A DNA stretch of 64,000 bases from assembly GCF_964355755.1 (NCBI RefSeq), contig NC_092674.1:27094001-27158000 (forward strand). Reading direction: 5' to 3'. The position numbers and the translations under genes are program-made. The notes beneath the pieces were generated by a model that did not search any database, had not been told where the DNA came from, and saw nothing but the letters and a program-made list of their open reading frames with translations. Below are positions 22,035-32,062 of this stretch, one piece after another. Position 1 is the stretch's first letter. Each line of letters opens with the position of its first letter. The DNA comes from Antedon mediterranea. Its lineage: Eukaryota; Animalia; Echinodermata.

Positions 22035-24076
22035 CTATTTGTGGTCTTTCTTGTGCTTTTTATGTTTGTGATGATGTCCACTTTTTTCTTTCTTTCGTTT
22101 ACGTTTTTCGTGTTTCTCACCGGCGCTATCGCTTTGAATTATTTTGCGTTCTTTGGTTTCGTTATAATCAGCTGACTGTTGGTCCATTTTATCGCTTTCT
22201 TTTCTTTCATCCACTTCATCTTTTCTTTCATCCACTTCATCTTTTCTTTCATCCACTTCATATTTTCTTTCATCCACTTTTCCCCTTCTTTCATCTATTT
22301 TCTCTTTTTCTTTATCCACTTTCTTTTTTCTTACATCTTCAGTTTCTACATCATTGTTTACCATATTTTTATTGTCAAAATTGTTGTCTTTTATTTGGTC
22401 TTTTTCCCCTATTTCTTCCTTTTCACTAATTTCCTTAACTTTGTTACTTTCTCCATTTTTTTCATTCTTACTAACATGTTCATGTTTGCTTTTCTTTGCA
22501 TTTTTATTTTCACCTAAATTGTCAATTCTTTCATCGCTCTCTGTTTTTGAACTGCGGTGCATCTTTTTTTTCTTTCGTTTCATTTTTTCCTCATCATCTC
22601 TTCCATGTTTAGTCTTTTTATAATCCGATATTTCATTCTTCTCTATCCAAATATTTTTAGCAGTGGAATCTTTTTTTCCTTTCGTCTTCTCTAAAGTTTC
22701 TTCTTTATCAATTAAATTACAATATTCCTTTTTCTTTTTTTGAGTACAATTCTTGTTAATTTCTGTTATTGCATCTAAATTAAGTTGTTCATTTCCCTCC
22801 CCTTCAATGCCTTGCTTATTATTTTCTGGAATTGTCGTTGCTTCACAATCTTCTATATTTTCCTTCTTTACATCAGACTTACTTGTGTCGGGCAAAGGTA
22901 TAGTAGCAAGGTCTATCTTATGTGTTTCTTCTGCCTCTCCAGCGTTTGATGGCTTTCTTTTGTCATCAATTTTCGTGCTCGTTTCTTCAGTTTGTTTTCT
23001 ATCAACTTTATGAGAACTTGTTTTATGTCGGTGTTCATCCAAGGACGACTTACGTTTTCTTTCTCTTTCTGGTGACTTTCCTCTACTTCTATCTCTTCTG
23101 TCAAATGAATTCTTTCGTTTGTCTTTTCTTTCTGGCGATTCTTTCCTTCTGTTGCGACTATTTGTTTCGGTTCTTGTGTCATGTTCTGGGGAGTGTCTTC
23201 TTCGGGATTCATTTCTTCCTACTTCACTCAAATGAGCGCGATCTTTCATAATGTGGTCCGGTGATGGCCTCCTTCCTGGGCGTTTTCTGTCTCTATCCAA
23301 ATGTCTGTAATCTCGCAAGGTACTAACTAAAGTATTTGCTAAGAACGTCTTGTTGGCAGACCCAATGCCCTTATTCCTAAAAAAAATATTATTAATTATT
23401 TATTTCATAAAAATTGTAAAGCAATAAATGTTTAGTAGACACAGGCTAGACAAACTTCAATCTACAATTTCAAAATATAATAATTTACTTACTATATAAC
23501 ATAAAATACTAATTTTAACAACTTTAAAGATGTAGATTATCTTAAATAAAATATTAACATATGTAATAATCATTAGACTAGAGTATTACAGTATTAGTTA
23601 TTTCCAAGTTCTATATTACAATTTATATTATACACATACCATCCCATTGCACCCATAGTATCAGCTCTTTCTTTGGCACGTTTAGTCTCCCGAAGAAGCT
23701 CCTCCATTGCCAACCTGCAAATAAAAGAAAAATCATTTTTTTAACCATTGATTTGTACTTTCTATTAATATTATATTTTATAATTTTATATTATCTTATT
23801 TTTATTTATCATTCATATTATATATTCCACTTCTATTATTCCCACCAGTCAGTGTTTGTTAGCCAGCAGATCTAGGCCTAGACTAGAGGTTAGACGAGAC
23901 CTCCGCAGCAACCCTCCGCATAAACTGCCTTGATACCATCAAACCGCAAACTGTGCTAGCGGCTACAGTCTAGTATTTGGGCCTAGCGTAGCCAGGAACG
24001 GACTGCCTAGCTAGCCGCTTCCAAGCGACAAACTATGGATACACAACACTACTAACCTTTCTATTTCGTCAGCCAT
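22035..24076 (-). CDS. POLR1D isoform-2-like protein (not the RPAC2/AC19 polymerase subunit), 478 aa, with long Arg/Lys/Glu-rich tail; exons 24057-24076, 23640-23714, 22035-23376
   Basis: Spliced N-terminus MADEIERLAMEELLRETKRAKERADTMGAMGWNKGIGSANKTFLANTL resembles recalled human POLR1D isoform 2 (MEEDQELERKAIEELLKEAKRGKTRAETMGPMGWMKCPLASTNKRFLINTI); GT-AG phase-2 introns join in frame with the 427-aa ORF. Confidence 0.85.
22200..22325 (-). repeat. 21-bp coding repeat (VDERKDE-like, ~5-6 copies)
   Basis: TCTTTCATCCACTTCATCTTT repeated; protein IDERRGK VDERKYE VDERKDE VDERKDE VDERKES. Confidence 0.85.
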
Positions 24077-24351
24077 TGTATTGAGTCTAGTGAAAAGATA
24101 ATATTATTATAATTTATATCCTAAAACATGATTTTATAATTATTTTTCTAGCGACAACACACGAAAAACGGCAAAAAATGAATCTCGAGCGAGTCCGGTT
24201 GTTTGTGAATGTAGCATTTTATAAACTCCACCAAAAATGGTTTTGAAAACTGGTGTCAGTAATAGTACCAGAATGCTGCGCAGCTGCAGTACAGTAGAAC
24301 ATGTGACGCAGTGTTTAAATTCCTGAATTTCATAAATTTGGTTCATAAAAC

Positions 24352-24387
24352 CAGGGAGTTGTTTATTTTACAACTCCCTGCTCCCTG
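24352..24387. mobile_element. 36-bp TIR-only remnant between 7-bp direct repeats (probable P-type excision footprint)
   Basis: ATAAAAC [CAGGGAGTTGT ttatttt ACAACTCCCTG CTCCCTG] ATAAAAC. Confidence 0.6.
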
Positions 24388-25351
24388 ATAAAACTATGTC
24401 CAGCTTTGTCTTGAAATTTTCTTGATGCTTAAAAACACAAAATATATTTTTTTTTTTGCATCTTTGGCATCATCATGATGAGATATTCCATGGCAGTATA
24501 ATAAGACTCACAAATTATCAGAATCCAAGAATCTCATACAAAAAAACAACTTAAATCTCTAATTTTGAATATTATTAAACATTACAAACAATAAACATAA
24601 AGTATGGTGCACAGTGTTTTTCCAAAATTTAGGTTGGTCTATATACATCATTTGGATATTAGCCTTAAAAATGTATTGTCCCCAAAAACATGAAAAATGA
24701 AGATTAATGAAATCAGACTTTGAATATGTTATTTTGTAGTTTTAATAAAGTTAATCACTTCCATAGAAAAAAAACATTAAAAAAATAATGTTTTCACTTA
24801 TAAAATGACAAAATGAATGGTTAAATTCAACCAAAAATCCATTGACCATTTTTTGCTTTAATTTACATTTTTTCAGGTAAATACAATTTTTTTGCGATTA
24901 AATTTGTGGTCAAAGTGGATAACTATTATGTTACATTAAAATGGAATATTCAACACACTTTTTTTTAGTAACAATGTTTTTTTTTTTAATAAACAATGCT
25001 CAATCAAACGTTAAACTATTATCTCCTCGAAACAAAAATTACGATTCATATAGTTATTGCCACAGAGCGACAGCAGAATGTCTAGACACTACGCATGTGA
25101 AATGAGTTTTGTGTTCTCACAAAGCGATTATACATACTACTAGAGTACTACACATGTTGAATTTTCTGGAAGCAAAAAAAAAATTGAAATGAACATTTCT
25201 TGGAGCTAAAATTTTGTGAAGCCATCTACATCCACATTTTATGCAAAAATGCTGTTTTTATAAAACCACTACGCAGTCAGTGTCACTTCTAAGCATCACA
25301 AACGGTACGAGTTAAACATGAGATCTTTCAAACAGCAAGAAATATTTCCAA

Positions 25352-28300
25352 TTAAGCTGTGAGTTCAGTAGCTGCATCCTTTGCTAAGGATTCACCAAGA
25401 GATATGACAACAAGAGGTGAAAGTTCAACCATACGGTCTACCATAGCTGGCAAGTTTGAGCCATCAGCAGCTTCAGAAATGTTGTGGTATACCGTTTGCT
25501 GCTCGGAAGGGTTTGCCTCGATGATTCCAACCATCTCTTCTACAGCGGTTGCAGATTCCTGGAACATCACTGGAACAGTGACAGAGATCTGTTTATCAAT
25601 ACTTTCACCAGTGACCTGTTTATCAATACTGCCATCAGTGATCTGTGCATCAACACTGCCACCACTGATATGTGCATCAACACTGCCGCCAGAGATCTGT
25701 TCATCAATACTGCCACCAGTGACCTGTTCATCAATACTGCCACCAGTCTTTTGAGGTGCAGTTCCCTGACTTGCTTTGAGCAGCTTACGGGCTCTTTTTT
25801 TTAATGTCGATACTATGGGCAACGTAAAAACTTTACAAAGCTCTGCATACGCTTTCGGGCTTTCCTTGTACACTTTCATCGCCAGTGACATTACACCCTC
25901 TTTATACCGTCTGCCCTCTTTCTTATTAACTCCAGTTATCTGAGATACAAAAAAATCTAGAGTTGTTCCACTAATATGGTTTCTAGCTAGCTTTATTAAA
26001 TGCTCCTCAGAATTATCGCATTCTATCGTCTTCGACACTTTATCTTTTAGAGCTTTTACTTTTTTTCGAAGTCGGCATATTTGTACTCGTTGTCTTGTAG
26101 AAGTTTTCTGGGAAGCTAGACACCGTTTAACCAATGTTTGCATTTTATATCTCTCCATCTGGTGGCTCAAGATTTCTTTTCCCATCTCTTCCCTCTCATT
26201 TAGCAACGATTGTATCTGCTGATCTTTGGTCAGCTTGGGTTTTTGATTCGTTGATTGAACGTAGCCAACTTGTTTTATAGGTACAACTGAAACAAAAAAA
26301 TAACAGTATTAAATATAACAATATATTAAATATAACAACATTTAATAGAACAACATTAAATATAACAATATATTAAATATAACAACATTTAATAGAACAA
26401 CATTAAATATAACAATATCAAATATACATATACTTAAAAATAAAATACTATGAATGCAGGTGCAAAGAATGTGCAGAAGGTATTACTTCATTATTAACAT
26501 CATTACATTTTAAGAAAATGATAACCACTGCACACTGTTTTGTTATCACCTTTGTTATCACATTGTAAAGCTGATAAATGATAACCACTGCACACTGTTT
26601 TGTTATCACCTTTGTTATCACATTGTAAAGCTGATAAATGATAACCACTGCACACTGTTTTGTTATCACCTTTGTTATCACATTGTAAAGCTGATAAATG
26701 ATAACCACTGCACACTGTTTTGTTATCACCTTTGTTATCACATTGTAAAGCTGATAAATGATAACCACTGTACACTGTTTTGTTATCACCTTTTATACAT
26801 TGTAAAGCTGCTTGTTCATCTGATAATAATCTCTCTCTAAATATTATACTACAAACATTGAATGATGTACGTCATTTGAGACACAGCCATGTAAAGCTCG
26901 TCTACGCATCAAACCACAGTAGTTTGACAATAAAATGTGACATGCCAAATATGTTAGTGATGTGCCCAAATATGATAGTGATATGACATCATCCTTATAT
27001 AGTAACATCACATTTTTTTTGTCATATAAAGTTTGATAGTGTAGACAGAGCTTAATGAGACAAACTTAAGGTTTGTTTGAATATATTAAAAACATGGTTT
27101 TGATAAGTAGGTATAAAGACAGTTTTTTTTTCAAGAAAGTTTTTTTTGTATAAAATGATTAGAAAAAAACTTCACCTATTGTACTCTGTTGATTTCGTTT
27201 GTCCACATTTAACTTCTGGATAGTGACAGTATTTGCGGGCTTGTTTGTTTTGTCCAGAACTTCCTTCAGGATAATCACAGGATTGTTGTTTCTCGATGTT
27301 TGGTCTTTATCATTCTTTCGTACATAATCGTGATCTTTGAAGATTGAAGCACCTTTGTAAAAAAAATGAATATTTTGTTAACATTCACAATATCATTTCT
27401 ATATTGTTTTCGGTCTATTTTAATATATACATAACAAACAAAAAACTGAAAATGGGGAGACCAGCGCCAACCTAATTGAACTTAATCACTGTAGCTGCTT
27501 GTTTATTGGTAATATAAGTAAGGAATATATACATTTTGAATCAACTATGAATGTCTACAACTTTGCAGAAAATGATTTTTTTTTTTAAAGGAAATTCAAA
27601 TTTTTCCAGAACTTTATTCAGAGAACATTTTTGTCAGTGTTACTGTTAGATAGTATTTATTTTCTAAATTAACAGAAAAGGCTATTTCATATATTTTTTA
27701 AAATCAAATATGATGCATTTGCATGGAAAAGACTCGTATTTCATATTATCAACAATGATATAAATTTTAATCGTTAAATATTTACTTCTTTTATTTTTAA
27801 TTTTGTTCTGTGGTATGTCGTTATCTTCCTCATTTTGTACTCCAGCAACTAGCATCTCCTCATTTTGTACTCTGCTGGCCACTAGCATCATCTCCTCATT
27901 TTGTACTCTGGTCATCACTAATGTCTGCTCGTTTTGTATTTTGGCCACCAACTTCTGCTCGTTTTGTATTTTAGCCACCAACTTCTGATCATTTTGTACT
28001 TTTCCCACAAATACCCGTCTTTTTGGTAATCTTCGTGGCGGATTTGGAACATCAAAGAGAGTCGGAATTGCATTCCAAACCAGTTTATTTGAAAATTTGA
28101 ATTTCTGGGATTCCTCAAAATGTTCTGCACATAACCTACAATTTCTGTGCAAATATTCAGAACTTTTTCCCCTGTAGTCTTTCCTTCTGCAGTTGTCAAC
28201 CCATACAGCACACCTATATAAGTATATATATAAACAGTAAATAAAACATAGAGAGTAATACTTTTATTATCAATTTATTTTATTTAGTTGCTCACTTTAA

Positions 28301-29587
28301 CGGTCATTGTTTAGTCTGGTAATCGTTTCTACTGCACTTACTACTACTCAGAGCCATATATATAAAGAGTTACAACATTGAAAATTAGAAGCCATTTTTG
28401 TGTCAAAGAATTCGCACGCTGAGGGCGCGCGCGTCTCTTTTGTATAGCGTTTTCCTATAGTTCATGCATTATTTTTAGATTTTGTTGTCTATGAAATAAC
28501 GCTTTATATTCCGTTTTTATTTTAGTAATTAATTTTATTAATGGTATTAATTTGGTAACATATATATATTGTGTCTATAATAACAAAAGAATAAATGCTA
28601 GGGCCTACATGCAAGTCAGGATACATCAAAGCATGAACCAATACAAAAACACACAAATTCACCCCTCTTTTTATACAGTATATGGCTCTCTGTGTGTTTT
28701 TGACACAAACGTTCAGAGACTCGTTCATCATTTCATTTGTAATAATTTGCCTTTATTATTTTAATATTGTTCATACCCTATTCAATATATTAACAAATAT
28801 ATCCACGACACTTTATTATTTTATTTAGTCATCAAAGCATGCATTATGAATTGAAAATATTACATAATTGTTATTAATGGGACGTAGTTATGGGATGTTT
28901 TGTTCCAAAATCAATCAATCGAACGTTATAATGTACTAGAGCACGCGCGCGCAATATTCTTTGGCGCAAGTACTTCTGTACGCTGTGCACATCGATATTT
29001 CACCATAAAATGTGCAATTACATTTTTTTAAATATAAGAAAAAGTTTAAAGTATTTTGTTGCTCCTATACTTTACATGCATTAATGCAGACAAGTTTGAC
29101 ACATTTTGATCTGCATATCACGTGACTATAATCCAATGTCGTAACTCTTTATATATATGGCTCTGCTACTACTAGTGTAGTAGCCTGCCCTCTATTTACT
29201 TAGAAGCTAGCTAACTAAAATTCTAGACTCCAGTATGCTGATAGGACTAGGGTCCCTCCTCTTATATTATAGTTCCATGGTATAACCTAGGCACATCACT
29301 AGGTGTTCGACCGTTCTAATTATTAATCTGTGCTGTAGGCCTAGGCCAAAAGGGCATCCGGCTAAAGCCCAGCAGGCTACTGCTAGAACCGCTACAAATC
29401 AACACTCTCTGAACTTGAATACTGAAGGCGCCCACTCCCGGCGGGTCCACGTAATAATTTTAATCGAAAACTTTCTTTACCTTTCTGTATCTTTTGGAAA
29501 CCTGTAAAATGGTATTTTACTTCCTAGCCCTTTAGGTCTTTTGTTTTTGCAATTTATTGCCGCACAGTAAGCAGATCCAGCAACCAT
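25352..29587 (-). CDS. THAP-domain protein, 548 aa, derived from a P-element transposase N-terminus; exons 29481-29587, 27786-28213, 27176-27352, 25352-26286
   Basis: C2CH THAP finger CAAINC...FYRFPKD.ERCAVW..NC.R...RLCAEHF...NAIPTLF; DHDY motif; coiled coil; P-transposase HTH-like GRRYKEGVMSLAMKVYKESPKAYAELCKVFTLPIVSTLKK. GT-AG introns, phases 2, 1, 1 give one open frame. Confidence 0.9.
25583..25748 (-). repeat. 27-bp coding repeat (GGSIDEQVT-like x6) in the last THAP exon
   Basis: GGSIDEQVT GGSIDEQIS GGSVDAHIS GGSVDAQIT DGSIDKQVT GESIDKQIS. Confidence 0.9.
26516..26810. repeat. 60-bp minisatellite, 4 identical copies plus a partial fifth, in THAP intron 3
   Basis: AAATGATAACCACTGCACACTGTTTTGTTATCACCTTTGTTATCACATTGTAAAGCTGAT repeated. 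Confidence 0.97.
26894..27053. mobile_element. MITE family X, copy 3
   Basis: AAGCTCGTCTACGCATCAAACC ... AGTTTGATAGTGTAGACAGAGCTT. Confidence 0.8.
27826..28003 (-). repeat. 30-36 bp coding repeat (KIQNEQKLVA-like, ~6 copies) after the THAP domain
   Basis: KVQNDQKLVA KIQNEQKLVA KIQNEQTLVMT RVQNEEMMLVAS RVQNEEMLVA GVQNEE. Confidence 0.85.
28349..29165. mobile_element. 817-bp non-autonomous DNA transposon with 8-bp TSD (hAT-like; P not excluded) in THAP intron 1
   Basis: TIR CAGAGCCATATATATAAAGAGTTACAACATTG / CAATGTCGTAACTCTTTTATATATATGGCTCTG; CTACTACT on both sides; inverted GCGCGC-rich subterminal motifs near 28400-28438 and 28938-28969. Confidence 0.9.
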
Positions 29588-29642
29588 AGTTAAAACACAG
29601 GCCGCCTAATTAAACGTCGTAACTCTCAAAATGATCTTAATT

Positions 29643-29654
29643 CAAAATGGCGGC
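29643..29654. promoter_or_regulatory. YY1-like motif ~55 bp upstream of the THAP ATG
   Basis: CAAAATGGCGGC matches the YY1 consensus in a locally GC-richer 5' region. Confidence 0.4.
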
Positions 29655-29712
29655 CGTTTTGGCTATACTGGTCGATAGGTGGCTCTCTTGCTGATTTTCC
29701 TAGGTACATAAT

Positions 29713-30353
29713 ATACAAATAATGAATGTTTATGAGTGCAATGGTACAAATAATGGCACGAGGTGAATGATGAAAGGTTATATCAACGAGGCAAAGCCGA
29801 GTTGATATAACCTTTCATCATTCACCAAGTGCCATTATTTGTACCATTACACGAATACAAAACATTCATTATTTGTTTTATATAACATCTAGACGTTTTT
29901 TTTTCGTACACAAAAATGTTTCAAAAAGTACTATTTAACGATCGTTGAATAGTGCGTACTATTGCACGCCATGTGACCCACATTCGTCCAATCAAATGAC
30001 AGGAATTTATATAGGTGTTATATAATATATAACACCTATATATTATGTCGGAAGACGATCTTCCGCATTCAAAACGTTCGTGTAATGGTACAAATAATGG
30101 CACTTGGTGAATGATGAAAGGTTATATCAACTCGGCTTTGCCTCGTTGATATAACCTTTCATCATTCACCTCGTGCCATTATTTGTACCATTGCACTCAT
30201 AAACATTCATTATTTGTTTTATATAACATCTAGACGTTTTTTTTTCGTACACAAAAATGTTTCAAAAAGTACTATTTAACGATCGTTGAATAGTGCGTAC
30301 TATTGCACGCCATGTGACCCACATTCGTCCAATCAAATGACAGGAATTTATAT
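29713..30353 (+). mobile_element. Two adjacent copies (29713-30027; ~30077-30353) of a ~315-bp element with a ~160-bp terminal hairpin (possibly Crypton-related)
   Basis: Hairpin 29715-29876 centred on CAACGAGGCAAAGCCGAGTTG, then a unique body ending GACAGGAATTTATATAGGTGTTATATAATA; no TSD seen; third copy at 53056-53370. Family assignment is from memory. Confidence 0.8.
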
Positions 30354-32062
30354 ATCAAATATTCTTTGGTGATATTTAATGCAAGTAGTATATAAAAACG
30401 AATTTTAATTTGCAGGAAGCCTGTTAAATCTAGTTTTGTTGAAATTAGTTTATAAAAACTTATATTTGGAGCTGTTTTGTATTGAATTCATATGTAAACT
30501 CAAAGAATTGAAAAATAATGACATAGAGTATACTGTTAATTTTTATTTTCCACAATGTTCTAGTGTGGCAAGCTTAAATTTTATCGTAAAAGAAACTTTT
30601 GGTATATACATTAAATACTTAAGATTTTCCTTGACGCTTAATACAATTTTAAAATTTACTCTCCTAAATAAATTAAAGAGTAATTTTACATAATTAGATA
30701 TAAAAGAAATTAAGAAAAACATGATAATTCACAATTTATGATATTCTCTTATCTACTTTAATACAATATTGCTTTTTTACATATATAAAAAAAATACAGA
30801 ATTTACAGAGTAAATGGACGTTATTAAGCTAAAAAATTAATTTAAAAAATTGTAAATATGCTTTTGGTTAATTTAAGGTATGGCTAATCAATAAGTGTGA
30901 TTTTATTATTTTTCAAGGTATCTTACTGTATTTGAATAAAGTACAAAATTCAATACATCAGTGTTCACAGATAAAGACACATTATGTCCTCCTAATTAAA
31001 AAAAAAACGCAAAATTTAAAATATCTTATGGATACACATAGATTTCAGCATTTACTACTGTAAATACTTTTTCTGCTAATGGCGCCCCCATATTAATTAT
31101 CATAAGAAAATAACCACAACCATGAGGGAGTTGTGGTTTCTTTTTAACCAAATAATGTTGTATACATTATATTTAAACAACATATAAGTTATTGCCTTCT
31201 TGTGAAAGGCAATTTCAAATGTGTATAAAAATTATCATTTATTATTATTCAAAAATTGCTATAATGAAACATGGAAGGAAAACCATGTTATTGCTTCTTT
31301 TTAAGCTAATTGCTAAGGTAAGGTAAAGAGTACTTCAATGTTGGTTAAAATCCTCAGATAGAACTTAAAATATCAAAGTGATTATACTTCAATTAATTGT
31401 TAAAAATATTTTTTTAATCTGAAATTTATCTTTAAATTATGTCACAAAACAATTGTAGAATTAACTAATGCTTTTACGAGATATAAAATGCTGATGGTAC
31501 ACATGAATGAGCACCTGCCCTATGTATTTATATTCTGGGTTCAAATCACCACAGTTCATATTTTTCTTATTCTAATGACACACATATGTAAATAATAATT
31601 ATGGACATTATAAAAATTCAGTATAAAAATGGATAATTTTAAAAATCATAACACCTTAATTGTAATACTTTTTAGTAGTGACATCTTTTAGTTCATAGGT
31701 CACAATTAAAATATATTGTCATAGTTGAAATATTCCTGTCAACAATGTTTAAAAAACTATTTACATTACAAGGTATTAAATGTGGAATACAGAATACTTT
31801 TTGCATAAACATTTAGAGACATTAAACACACTTCAGGACGATTTGAAATGCATTTATACAAAAATACTTTATTTTGACAAACTGAAGAACGTTTTATAAA
31901 AAATGTACCATTTTGGTCTCATCTAAGCGTTACATTAATTATTCATTTCGCAAGTTTCTGAATGGAATGTTTATCAAAACTATGGAAGTATTTTATTTAT
32001 ATTTTCATTCTTTTAATAAATTAATAACTATATTTTTACATATTTCGATATAACTTTTGATA

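Noticed and set aside
22016-23251. Phe-rich plus-strand ORFs resembling membrane proteins
   Set aside because: Antisense shadows of the Lys/Glu-rich minus-strand exon.
26448-26789. Repetitive ORFs (VITKQCAVVIIYQLYN; CDNKGDNKTVCSGYHLSALQ)
   Set aside because: Translations of the 60-bp intronic minisatellite; exons 3 and 4 already join in frame without them.
25352-29587. Naming the THAP gene THAP9 or THAP12
   Set aside because: The finger resembles THAP12 and the HTH resembles THAP9/P transposase, but neither catalytic region is present; orthology needs a phylogeny.
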